36,680 nt of DNA from a virus (taxonomy: Duplodnaviria > Caudoviricetes), in the IMG/VR virus record IMGVR_UViG_3300043171_000189, positions 1 through 36,680 of that record, one strand, 5' to 3'. Of the stretch, positions 16,228 to 24,866 are shown piece by piece (positions within the stretch are counted from its first letter, which is position 1; every line of letters begins with the position of its first letter). A program made the position numbers and the translations under genes. The notes beneath the pieces are model-generated. The model saw nothing but the letters and a program-made list of their open reading frames with translations, was not told the DNA's origin and ran no database searches.

Positions 16228-18090
16228 ATGAACACTACACCCACTAGAGTAATCTACGATCTTGAGTCATATCCGAACGTGTTCACATTCACAGCAGAGC
16301 ATGTTGACTCCACACTGTCATACCAGTTTGAGATCAGTGATTGGCGAGATGACAGTAAACAGTTATGTGAGTGGTTGTTACGTGCCAAGATGTACGGATG
16401 GGAGATGGTTGGGTTTAATAATGTTGGTTATGATTATCCAATGCTTCATTACTTCTGGTCACATGGTGGGTGTACAGCTGCAGACCTGCACAGGAAAACT
16501 GTGGAGATTATCTTCGCCAGTAATGAAGATCGATTTGCTAACATGATCTGGCCTAAGAACCGCCTGGTAAAACAAATCGATTTATTCAAGATACACCACT
16601 TCGATAACAAGGCAAAGATGACTAGCCTCAAGGCCATTGAGTTCAATATGCGTCTTGACTCGGTTGAGGATTTACCATTCAAACCTAATGAAAGATTGAC
16701 CAAAGAGCAGGTGCCTGTACTGCTCGACTACAACCATCATGACGTTGTGGCTACCAAGGCATTCTATCTTGAAACTCTGCCTGCTATCGAGCTACGGGAA
16801 GCACTGAGTAAAGAGTATAACAAGGACTTCATCAACCATAATGATGTCAAGATCGGCAAACAAATATTTGAAACCAAACTACAAAACCAAGGAGTTGATC
16901 TTTATGAGTTCGGAGAATTTGGAAGGAAACCAAAACAAACCAAAAGAGATTCCATCAACCTTGCCGAATGTGTCCCTAATTACATCAGATTTAAAGATGT
17001 TGGATTTAACAAAATCCTGGATCACTTTCTTACAACAACAATTACGGAAACAAAAGGAGCATTTGATAATCTGTCAACTAGGTTTAAAGGCTTGGGCTTC
17101 GATTTCGGCACAGGGGGATTACACGCCTCAGTCAACAATAAAGTTTTTAAATCAGATGAAGAGTATGTGATAATTGATGCTGATGTTACGAGCATGTACC
17201 CATCAATCGCTATTACCAACAGGTACTTCCCTGAACATCTTGGTGAGAAGTTTATCCAGGTGTACTCGGACCTCAAAGAAGAACGATTGAAACACAAGAA
17301 GGGTACACCTCAGAACGCTGCATTGAAACTTGCCTTGAATGGTACGTTCGGTGCTACCAATGATAAGTTCAGTGTGTTCTATGATCCGAAGTGTACCATG
17401 CAGATTACGATCACCGGTCAACTATGTTTGGCAATGCTTGCTGATATGTTGAGTGATACGATACCTGATATACAGTTCATTCAGGCTAACACTGATGGCA
17501 TCACTACAATAATGAAAAGAAGTGATATAGATTGGTATAATACTGTCTGCAAAACCTGGGAAAAAATCACAGGACTTGATTTAGAATATGTCAACTATGA
17601 CAAGATGTTCATCGCTGATGTGAACAATTACCTGGCAGTCACTGACACAGGTAAGATCAAACGTAAGGGTAAGTATTCATACGAACCACAGTGGCACCAG
17701 AACGCTTCTAAACTTGTGGTACCCATGGTAGCCGAGAAGGTACTACTTGAGGATGTGAGTATATCCAAGACTCTGAATGAGTGGCCTGACATAATGGACT
17801 TCATGTGTCGGGTGAAGGTGCCACGATCATCATATCTTGTTGGTGAGACCGATGGTGCTGAGTATACCTACCCGAATATGTCACGGTATTATGTTGCAAA
17901 CGGTGGGGCAAAGCTCACTAAGATTATGCCACCACTCAAAAAGAATCCTGAGAAGTGGCGTAGAATAGGAGTTGAGTCAGGTTGGAGAGTGAATATCTGT
18001 AACCACGTTAAGGATATCAAACTGCCAATTGACTACAACTATTACTGTCAGGAAGTTGAGAAACTTGTGGAGGGATTTACTGATGGGTGA
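16228..18090 (+). CDS. DNA polymerase, family B-like, with N-terminal 3'-5' exonuclease
   Basis: Exo motifs YDLE, GFN-x3-YD and YN-x2-DV; polymerase motifs DVTSMYPS, K-x3-NG-x-FG, NTDG and KRKG. Confidence 0.92.
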   Translation: MNTTPTRVIYDLESYPNVFTFTAEHVDSTLSYQFEISDWRDDSKQLCEWLLRAKMYGWEMVGFNNVGYDYPMLHYFWSHGGCTAADLHRKTVEIIFASNEDRFANMIWPKNRLVKQIDLFKIHHFDNKAKMTSLKAIEFNMRLDSVEDLPFKPNERLTKEQVPVLLDYNHHDVVATKAFYLETLPAIELREALSKEYNKDFINHNDVKIGKQIFETKLQNQGVDLYEFGEFGRKPKQTKRDSINLAECVPNYIRFKDVGFNKILDHFLTTTITETKGAFDNLSTRFKGLGFDFGTGGLHASVNNKVFKSDEEYVIIDADVTSMYPSIAITNRYFPEHLGEKFIQVYSDLKEERLKHKKGTPQNAALKLALNGTFGATNDKFSVFYDPKCTMQITITGQLCLAMLADMLSDTIPDIQFIQANTDGITTIMKRSDIDWYNTVCKTWEKITGLDLEYVNYDKMFIADVNNYLAVTDTGKIKRKGKYSYEPQWHQNASKLVVPMVAEKVLLEDVSISKTLNEWPDIMDFMCRVKVPRSSYLVGETDGAEYTYPNMSRYYVANGGAKLTKIMPPLKKNPEKWRRIGVESGWRVNICNHVKDIKLPIDYNYYCQEVEKLVEGFTDG

Positions 18091-18568
18091 CATGAGTGAT
18101 TTCTTTATTGACCGAATGATTGATCCTGGGATGGATTGTTACCAATCATCAAGGGTATATCGGGAATTGTACTCAGGATATATTCAAAGTTATGAAGAAC
18201 CATCCCATGAGGAAAAACGTGATTTTGCAATAGCAAATCAAAAAATGATTGTTGAGTATAGTTTCTCAAATCTCAACAAGGAGAATGAGATGCTTGAAAA
18301 AGAGATTGAACGAAAAGTGTGCGAACATGCGAAGAAGAAGAACTGGATAACCTACAAGTTCACTTCACCTTCCAGGAGATCGGTACCTGATAGAATCTTC
18401 ATCTCACCTATGGGTACGGTATTCTTCATCGAGTTTAAGCAGACAGGGAAGAAACCCACTGATGGTCAAGACCGTGAGATTGAAAAACTCTGTAGGCAAA
18501 ACTGTAATGTGTTTGTGGTAGACACCGTTGAAGGTGGAAAATTTCTAGTAGATTTGTTTGGAGAATAG
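18083..18568 (+). CDS. VRR-NUC nuclease (core 18290-18568) with an in-frame 69-aa upstream extension
   Basis: LEKEIE...KF-x-SP...VPDRI...FIEFK...Q motif; two in-frame ATGs each with an RBS (GGAGG before 18083, AAGGAG before 18290). Confidence 0.85.
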   Translation: MGDMSDFFIDRMIDPGMDCYQSSRVYRELYSGYIQSYEEPSHEEKRDFAIANQKMIVEYSFSNLNKENEMLEKEIERKVCEHAKKKNWITYKFTSPSRRSVPDRIFISPMGTVFFIEFKQTGKKPTDGQDREIEKLCRQNCNVFVVDTVEGGKFLVDLFGE

Positions 18569-18570
18569 TT

Positions 18571-19131
18571 ATGAACATTCTGGTTGCCTGTGAAGAGAGT
18601 CAAGCTGTCACCAAAGAGTTCAGGAAGTTGGGTCATGAAGCGTATAGCTGTGACATCCTTGAGTGTAGTGGTGGTCATCCGGAATGGCACATACAAGGAG
18701 ATGTCACAGCTATGTTGAACCTTGGGTGGGATATGATAATTGCTTTTCCTCCTTGTACCGATTTATCGGTAAGTGGGGCGAGATGGTTCAAGGAGAAAAT
18801 TGCAGATGGTCGGCAACAACGATCAATAGATTTCTTCAATTTATTTACCAAACTGAATATCCCTTTTGCTATAGAAAATCCAATTGGTATAATGAGCACT
18901 CACTACAGAAAACCAGATCAAATAATTCAACCTTGGCAGTTTGGGCATGGTGAAACTAAAGCCACTTGCCTTTGGTTAAACAAGTTGTCGAAACTAGAAC
19001 CTACCGATGTTGTTGATGGTAGAGAGCAGCGTATCTGGAAATTACCACCATCGGTGAACAGAGCAAAACTTAGAAGTAAAACATTTTCAGGAATAGCAAA
19101 AGCAATGGCAGAACAGTGGGGTAAAATATAA
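18571..19131 (+). CDS. Short C5-cytosine DNA methyltransferase-like protein
   Basis: ILVACEES (degenerate motif I), SCDI, FPPCT (catalytic PC), ENP, QPWQFGH and RSKTF-x-GIA-x-AMA-x-QW. Confidence 0.75.
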   Translation: MNILVACEESQAVTKEFRKLGHEAYSCDILECSGGHPEWHIQGDVTAMLNLGWDMIIAFPPCTDLSVSGARWFKEKIADGRQQRSIDFFNLFTKLNIPFAIENPIGIMSTHYRKPDQIIQPWQFGHGETKATCLWLNKLSKLEPTDVVDGREQRIWKLPPSVNRAKLRSKTFSGIAKAMAEQWGKI

Positions 19132-20552
19132 TGCTACAGCAAAGTGACATGTTCGATTATCAGAATAATATTGCATTCCACCAGATGACTTGTCCTACAT
19201 CGATGGTATGGGCTGAGATGGGCCTGGGTAAGACGGTTGCCACTCTAACCAGTGTTGATGCACTACTCAAGTCAATGTGGCTCAGGGGTGTACTCATAGT
19301 GGCACCTATTCGAGTATGTCGCTTAGTGTGGCGAAAGGAAGCAGTGAAGTGGGCACACCTTAATCACCTCACCTTCAGTATGGTAGTGGGTACCGCAGAT
19401 CAGCGACTACGTGCCTTGATGGACCCTGACAAAGATATCTACCTGATCAACTATGAAAACCTGCAGTGGCTCAGTACGGTGCTTCAGGACTACTTCATTA
19501 ATCGCAGTCGTGAGATACCCTTCGATGGTCTGGTGTGGGATGAGATCAGCAAGATGAAAAACTCAACATCAAAACGTGCTAAGGCATTCAAGAAGGTTAT
19601 TCACCATTTCAAGTGGCGAACTGGTCTCACTGGTACACCTGCATCAAATGGGTTTAAAGACCTTCATGGTCAGTATCTTGTCATCGATGATGGTAGTCGG
19701 CTAGGTGAGTTCAAAACTAAGTTCATGACCAGGTATTACTGGAAAGAAGGTTTCAAGACTTTGGCATTTAGAAACACTGAGGATGACATCAAGGAGAAGA
19801 TTTCAGATATCACCCTTGAGATGTCAGCTGCAGATTATAACCCATTGCCCGATATGATCGTGAATGACGTAGAGATCGAACTGCAGGGGAAATTCCGTGA
19901 AGACTATGATCGTCTTGAAAGAGAGTTTTTCCTGCAGCTTGACTCAGGCAACGAGATTGAACTTTTCAACAAGGGAAGTCTGCTGAATAAATTGCTGCAG
20001 TATTCCAATGGTGCAGTTTATATCAATCCTGGTGAGCCTGAGTATGAAGTTATCCACGATATGAAGTTGGATGCTCTTGAGTCAATCATCGATGAGGCCA
20101 ATGGTCAACCTGTACTTTGCTCCTATGCTTACAAGTCGGATGCTGAACGGATCATGAAGAAGTTTAAGAAGCTGAAACCGATTAACCTCACAACTTGTAA
20201 ATCAGAGACCTCACTTCGATTAGCTATGGATCGATGGCAGTCAGGTGATTGTGCTTTGATGATTGGTCATCCTGCAAGCATGGGTCATGGTATCGATGGT
20301 CTACAGGATGGTGGAAATATCCTAGTCTGGTATGGGCTCACCTGGTCCCTTGATTTATATGATCAGTTCAATGCCCGAGTCAGGAGACAGGGTCAAGGTA
20401 GACCGGTAATCTGCCATCGCATCTTCTGCCCATCAACAGCAGACTGCCTGCAGGATGTTGCACTGAGGGATAAGGGTCTCACGGAAGAATCATTAAAAAA
20501 GGCTGTAAAAGAATATCGTGCAAGAAAATGTTTGACAGGTGTATCGCATTAG
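19131..20552 (+). CDS. SNF2-family (SF2) helicase
   Basis: EMGLGKT, WDEIS, LTGTP, SMGHGIDGLQ and QFNARVRRQGQ. Confidence 0.92.
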   Translation: MLQQSDMFDYQNNIAFHQMTCPTSMVWAEMGLGKTVATLTSVDALLKSMWLRGVLIVAPIRVCRLVWRKEAVKWAHLNHLTFSMVVGTADQRLRALMDPDKDIYLINYENLQWLSTVLQDYFINRSREIPFDGLVWDEISKMKNSTSKRAKAFKKVIHHFKWRTGLTGTPASNGFKDLHGQYLVIDDGSRLGEFKTKFMTRYYWKEGFKTLAFRNTEDDIKEKISDITLEMSAADYNPLPDMIVNDVEIELQGKFREDYDRLEREFFLQLDSGNEIELFNKGSLLNKLLQYSNGAVYINPGEPEYEVIHDMKLDALESIIDEANGQPVLCSYAYKSDAERIMKKFKKLKPINLTTCKSETSLRLAMDRWQSGDCALMIGHPASMGHGIDGLQDGGNILVWYGLTWSLDLYDQFNARVRRQGQGRPVICHRIFCPSTADCLQDVALRDKGLTEESLKKAVKEYRARKCLTGVSH

Positions 20553-20560
20553 ATTATAGT
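20532..20560 (+). promoter_or_regulatory. Internal sigma70-like promoter overlapping the helicase 3' end
   Basis: TTGACA (20532-20537), 17 nt, TATAGT (20555-20560). Confidence 0.75.
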
Positions 20561-20608
20561 GTAGTTAATGAAGTGAAACACAAGATAATCTATTGCGGAG
20601 GATATAAC

Positions 20609-20836
20609 ATGTTGGATTTTATAGGTGAAATGGGTCTGAAGAACTGGGTAAGTTTGGGTCAAGTGATCAAGAATGTGAGCGAAGAACAATGCCAATCGAT
20701 GCTTGACCATGAAGTTGAAAACGAGAAGCGTGAGAGTTTCGTCATTAGAATACATCAAAAGCTGAGTGCTCTTCGTACCACCAGGGAGCGTGAGGAGTTG
20801 ATCGAATCAATAAAACCAAAACCGGAGGAAGATTAA
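20609..20836 (+). CDS. Conserved helical hypothetical protein (75 aa)
   Basis: Start revised to ATG 20609 (GGAGG RBS); NW...E...R...RIHQ...LR-x2-RER pattern. Confidence 0.75.
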   Translation: MLDFIGEMGLKNWVSLGQVIKNVSEEQCQSMLDHEVENEKRESFVIRIHQKLSALRTTREREELIESIKPKPEED

Positions 20837-21222
20837 TGAAAGAATTTACTGGCGACGAAATCGATTTAATTAGAGAAGCATTGTTGAATAAGAGTCAAGA
20901 CATGTGGAACTATGTTGATCGAAATTCTCGGAAAGATAGTGGAGTTCCAATCAAAACATTACGCCGAGTTATGGATGAGTTGAAAATTGTTGATTCATCT
21001 CTTCGCAAAACAATGAGTGCCCTAATGATACGCAGGAGTAATGTTGAGGAATGCATTGATAGGCTTGATGATGATAAAATTCCTTGCCCTCTAGTTGGTA
21101 AAGAAGATGGTGATGATAGGGAATTTATCAGATGGATACATGATCGACTAGAGTATGTCTATAAGGAAGATACCGGACACAAATATATGACCAGACTTAG
21201 TAAAATGAGTGAGGTTAAATAA
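20836..21222 (+). CDS. Hypothetical protein
   Basis: GGAGG RBS, TAATG coupling on both sides; C-terminal D-x-EFI-x-WIHDRLE-x-V motif. Confidence 0.7.
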   Translation: MKEFTGDEIDLIREALLNKSQDMWNYVDRNSRKDSGVPIKTLRRVMDELKIVDSSLRKTMSALMIRRSNVEECIDRLDDDKIPCPLVGKEDGDDREFIRWIHDRLEYVYKEDTGHKYMTRLSKMSEVK

Positions 21223-21743
21223 TGGCAAACTTTGTAACCAGAAACGGGATAAAAACTATACCAGGTCGAGTGAATGCTGTTGAATATGATGGTGTGTCAC
21301 TCACCTGCATGCAGTTAGCGAAGAAACTTGGAATGCCTGTTACCATGATCAGTAACAGAGTGCACAGGCACATATACAGTGGAATGCCATTTGATGATAT
21401 TTTTAAACAAAGTGTTCTCGTTAAGAAAGGTTGTGATGTTGACGGTGTTACAATGTACTCGACCGAGATTGCTGAAATTACCGGTTGTACCATTACCGCC
21501 ACCAAAGTTCGAATGAAGAAGTATCGAGATAGTCCGGCTTACACCAAAGAAGACCTTCTCAAAAAGACCACCAGTAAAAGACCAAAGCATTTAGCATCAT
21601 GGAAACCTAAAGTTGCTGAAGTCAAAACCAGACTCACCCTGAAAGAGATCGATGCTGAATATTCCATAGCATTGAGAAAACATAAACTGAGCACTCGGAG
21701 CCACTGTCTAGGTTCAAGAGGGAAAGGTGGATGCAATGAGTAA
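21222..21743 (+). CDS. Tandem-HTH DNA-binding protein
   Basis: Two related units, EYDGVSLTCMQLAKKLGM...ISNR and DVDGVTMYSTEIAEITGC...TKVR, followed by a basic tail. Confidence 0.65.
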   Translation: MANFVTRNGIKTIPGRVNAVEYDGVSLTCMQLAKKLGMPVTMISNRVHRHIYSGMPFDDIFKQSVLVKKGCDVDGVTMYSTEIAEITGCTITATKVRMKKYRDSPAYTKEDLLKKTTSKRPKHLASWKPKVAEVKTRLTLKEIDAEYSIALRKHKLSTRSHCLGSRGKGGCNE

Positions 21744-21951
21744 ATTCATAGTTGAAGTTGACAGTGTTGGAAATTTGATAGACAGTCATGGGGCACACGT
21801 TTGTATGATTACGTTACCTCATAACCTAAAACCACTTGAAGCAGAAGTTGCATCGGTTGAACCTGTTTCACTCAACAAAATAATCAAGCTGAAAGAAGCA
21901 GGGTTTGATTCCGATGAAATCCTCAAAATGAATGCAGAGGGGATGATATAA
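21736..21951 (+). CDS. Hypothetical protein (71 aa)
   Basis: AGGTGG RBS; coupled to neighbouring genes. Confidence 0.65.
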   Translation: MSKFIVEVDSVGNLIDSHGAHVCMITLPHNLKPLEAEVASVEPVSLNKIIKLKEAGFDSDEILKMNAEGMI

Positions 21952-22439
21952 TGAGTAGAATATATAAGTGTACCATGTGTGGAAATACGATGGTTGACCC
22001 ATTCCCAGGGCAGCAAATGGGTTGCAGATGTGGTGGTACACATCTGTATGAGAGTGTTGTTGAAGAGGTGGTGTTAAAGCAAGGGCCTTGTTTTGAACAA
22101 TTTCCGGTAACACCAATTGACGAAGATGAGATAGCTCGTAATGATTTGAAATGGGATAATGGTAAATTGAAGTTCAGTTTAATCTTACCCGAATTTGAAA
22201 AGCTAATGGCTGAAATTCTTACCAAGGGGGAGATTAATCATCCAAGGGTAGCCGGTGAACCATCATGGCAACAGGTAGAACCTGAAGCGTATATCAATGC
22301 AATGAAGAGGCATATTAGCTCATTTCAGCTAGGTGAATCAACCGATAGTGATATGAATACACATCACATGGGGCATGTGGCAATTAATGCAATGTTTCTA
22401 TACTGGCTCGACACCGGAGGAAAATCAAATGACAGTTAA
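21951..22439 (+). CDS. dATP/dGTP diphosphohydrolase-like protein (DUF5664) with N-terminal Zn ribbon
   Basis: K-x-D-x-GK-x3-SLI, L-x2-G, W, Y-x2-AM-x-RH...GE-x2-D...H-x2-H-x3-NA-x-FL; CTMC...CRC at the N-terminus. Confidence 0.75.
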   Translation: MSRIYKCTMCGNTMVDPFPGQQMGCRCGGTHLYESVVEEVVLKQGPCFEQFPVTPIDEDEIARNDLKWDNGKLKFSLILPEFEKLMAEILTKGEINHPRVAGEPSWQQVEPEAYINAMKRHISSFQLGESTDSDMNTHHMGHVAINAMFLYWLDTGGKSNDS

Positions 22440-22641
22440 TGAACTGATTGAGAAGTTATTAAACCATCCAAAAGATATGGAAGTTGTTACCGATCACGGT
22501 GAAGGTGAATTTCACCCGGTGATATATCCACAAGTACACCTCGGTAATCCTTGTGAAGAGTGCATTTTACAAAGCAGTTATCCTGAAACAATGGACGAAG
22601 AGGCTCAAGCCAAGATTAAAAAATACTTAGTAATTGGGTGA
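22429..22641 (+). CDS. Hypothetical protein, MTV-x-ELIEKL-x3-P-x-DMEV type
   Basis: GGAGG RBS before ATG 22429; common small phage gene N-terminus. Confidence 0.7.
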   Translation: MTVNELIEKLLNHPKDMEVVTDHGEGEFHPVIYPQVHLGNPCEECILQSSYPETMDEEAQAKIKKYLVIG

Positions 22642-23153
22642 TAAAAATGGGAAAGCGTAGAAGAGAAATAATAATACGACTCATCTTCACCAAGTCTGCT
22701 CTCACCGTTCTGACCGTCTGTGATCAGGCTGAGAAGTGGCAATCCACATTCGCTTACCTGGCAGACGAATGTGACAAGATGATCACTAAGCACCTCAGCA
22801 CTGGTCTTGTAAGCAACAAGGCTATTCATGAGGCCAAGAGTGATGCAAAGTATGTTGATGACTGTGTCGAGTTTACCCGGGAAGAACTGAAAACGGTTAA
22901 AGGGGATAACCCCACCAAAGGAGAACGATCAGATGTCTTCCTTTGTTCAGCTGCAGTAATCCTGCTTGATGACACATACCAATTATCAAGTATCAAGATG
23001 AGAAAGGCTATTAACCACCTAATCTCTCAGGTATCGAAGATTGAGATCGAGATGGATAAGCGTGGTCTGCTTGATGATGTACGGGATGAGGCTGTAGAGT
23101 TTATCAATGAAATCTATGCGAAGGGTGAAGAATATGAGACCACCACTGGTTGA
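22638..23153 (+). CDS. Hypothetical helical protein
   Basis: 171-aa ORF with GTGA coupling to the previous gene. Confidence 0.65.
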   Translation: MIKMGKRRREIIIRLIFTKSALTVLTVCDQAEKWQSTFAYLADECDKMITKHLSTGLVSNKAIHEAKSDAKYVDDCVEFTREELKTVKGDNPTKGERSDVFLCSAAVILLDDTYQLSSIKMRKAINHLISQVSKIEIEMDKRGLLDDVRDEAVEFINEIYAKGEEYETTTG

Positions 23154-23238
23154 TGCATTCTTCATGGGGAAGACGATAACTGCCAGGATGATTAAGGCAG
23201 TTATTCGATATATTATAAGATTAGAATCTAAGCAATAA
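23134..23238 (+). CDS. Possible 34-aa basic peptide MRPPLVDAFFMGKTITARMIKAVIRYIIRLESKQ
   Basis: Manual translation; fills the gap before the convergent holin-like gene; weak RBS. Confidence 0.3.
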   Translation: MRPPLVDAFFMGKTITARMIKAVIRYIIRLESKQ

Positions 23239-23258
23239 AACTGATTTGATGACTAGCC

Positions 23259-23573
23259 CTATACAAGTTGGTCATCAAATCGTCTTAACTCCACACCCTC
23301 TTCTTTAGCTAAGAGTCTTTCTTCTTCTTTCCTGGAAATTATTGTTGTGACAAGTTTGACCTGCTTCATCTCGGCTCTCATCTTCTTTACTGAGAAATAC
23401 AACAGGATACAGGAAACGATGATACCCACTATTGTACCGAACATTCCTATTACAGAAGGTAGCCAAGAATTATAGGTACTAATCCCTGTCACTACCGTTC
23501 CTCCCGAAGCAATCACAGCAGGTATCTTTTGTTCTGCCACATCTAGAGCATTCTCTAGCAATTCTTTCTTCAA
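23259..23573 (-). CDS. Putative holin
   Basis: TTG start with AAGGAG RBS; one or two hydrophobic segments and a highly charged C-terminal tail; last gene of the lysis cassette. Confidence 0.6.
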   Translation of the reverse strand: MKKELLENALDVAEQKIPAVIASGGTVVTGISTYNSWLPSVIGMFGTIVGIIVSCILLYFSVKKMRAEMKQVKLVTTIISRKEEERLLAKEEGVELRRFDDQLV

Positions 23574-24013
23574 CTTGTAGTCTCCTTCTGTAAACGTCTA
23601 TGAAGTAAAGAGCTTTTAAGACGAGAAAAAGAAAAGATATTATTATTGCCACCTCTTGCACAATGCCTCCTCAATATTACATAAATTGATATCGAGTATA
23701 GTAGAACAAAAGCGTTATTGTAACTATACGGCAACATGTAATTATACCAGATCACCCATCCATAAAAGTTAACTAATATTGAGCAAAAAGACAAACTTAT
23801 AAGTGCGGTAACCATTTTATTTGGCTTTGCACTCATCGATACGGCTAAAATAAAGGCAAAATCAAGGGTAGCACCGGATAAATAATACATCCATCCACTA
23901 AAATTAATAGCCATAATATCGTGAGATATGATCAGCATTGCGAACAAAATCGCAACAATATCTTTAGAAATTATGGCAGATATGCAAATCAAAAGAATTA
24001 ATATTGATATCAT
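23570..24013 (-). CDS. Multi-pass (about 4-5 TM) membrane protein in the lysis cassette
   Basis: Successive hydrophobic segments, aromatic loops (GWMYY, YGWVIWYNY-x2-PYSYN) and a basic tail; coupled to both neighbours. Confidence 0.75.
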   Translation of the reverse strand: MISILILLICISAIISKDIVAILFAMLIISHDIMAINFSGWMYYLSGATLDFAFILAVSMSAKPNKMVTALISLSFCSILVNFYGWVIWYNYMLPYSYNNAFVLLYSISIYVILRRHCARGGNNNIFSFSRLKSSLLHRRLQKETTS

Positions 24014-24099
24014 TTTTTGGTTGTTGGTTTCCCTTTACCGCCTTTAGTTGAACCACCTTTCTTCTCAGGAGTACGTGTTCTACCTTTTCCACCTGCCAT
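24010..24099 (-). CDS. 29-aa Lys/Gly-rich peptide MAGGKGRTRTPEKKGGSTKGGKGKPTTKK
   Basis: Not in the ORF track; AAGAGGG RBS, ATG 24099, and TGA overlapping the next ATG (ATGA); fills the gap after the endolysin. Confidence 0.75.
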   Translation of the reverse strand: MAGGKGRTRTPEKKGGSTKGGKGKPTTKK

Positions 24100-24119
24100 G
24101 ATATTACCCTCTTATAGTT

Positions 24120-24464
24120 TTACCAACGAGCTTTACGATGCCTTGTGTCTATATGAACAAAATCGTTATATAAACCTATACCATACTTGTTGGGATATTT
24201 CTCATTCAAATATTTATAAAGTTCTTGAGGTAACACGTTGTTAGTGTGACAATCTGCAGCACGACCTATCAAATGCTGTGAGTCTTCTGATCCACCTTCT
24301 GACTCGTTGTGTTCAGCACATCGACACCCTGAGCTAATATAGATTGGGCCATTAAACTCCCTGGCATCTTCGAGCACATCAAGCAGTTCAGCATCTACTG
24401 TGTCAAAACCACAACCACAGAGACAATCGAACTCCGATCTTTTGAAGTATTTACTTTTCAGCAT
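24120..24464 (-). CDS. Endolysin, peptidase M15 family
   Basis: YF-x3-EF-x-C-x-CGCG, SG-x-RC-x2-HN, SQH-x2-G-x-AAD and GIGLY-x2-FVHID-x-R...ARW. Confidence 0.9.
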   Translation of the reverse strand: MLKSKYFKRSEFDCLCGCGFDTVDAELLDVLEDAREFNGPIYISSGCRCAEHNESEGGSEDSQHLIGRAADCHTNNVLPQELYKYLNEKYPNKYGIGLYNDFVHIDTRHRKARW

Positions 24465-24466
24465 AA

Positions 24467-24865
24467 TTAAATCCTAAACATTCCATTTTTTCTGGCTTTA
24501 CCACCACCACCAAGAAATGTTGCGTATTTCCACCCTTTGCATCTAAAATAATTATACTGTTCTTTTGCCATAACGTCACATAAAACATTGGAGCACTGCC
24601 AATTAGTTAATGGTGTTCCGTCATCCCATTTTCCTCTATCGCAAAGCACATCATGAAACCACCATGCATCACTATCGATGTCCGGGGCACATGTAGCACC
24701 ATCAGAGCGATACGGACCGGTAACTGTCACATACTTGTCATATCGCTCTGAGTAATATTGCACCTTGTTTGTAAACCCACCACAACCATCATGCCCACCA
24801 ATAGCCATATATTTGTATGGACTATCTTCAGATCGAAAGAGTGGAAGGTGCAATATTCTTTTCAT
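24467..24865 (-). CDS. DUF1353-like protein
   Basis: SDGAT...HD-x-LC motif and terminal GG; adjacent to the endolysin. Confidence 0.65.
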   Translation of the reverse strand: MKRILHLPLFRSEDSPYKYMAIGGHDGCGGFTNKVQYYSERYDKYVTVTGPYRSDGATCAPDIDSDAWWFHDVLCDRGKWDDGTPLTNWQCSNVLCDVMAKEQYNYFRCKGWKYATFLGGGGKARKNGMFRI

Positions 24866-24866
24866 A

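Noticed and set aside
21951-22439. 2-aminoadenine (Z) or 7-deazaguanine genome
   Set aside because: No PurZ, FolE, QueC/D/E or DpdA-like gene was recognised.
23570-24013. Lipoprotein spanin signal at LLIC
   Set aside because: It does not fit the lipobox consensus, has no basic N-region, and the protein is multi-pass.
24010-24099. Histone-tail homology of the peptide (MAGGK...KGGKGK)
   Set aside because: Low-complexity Lys/Gly composition explains the resemblance, and no histone fold follows.
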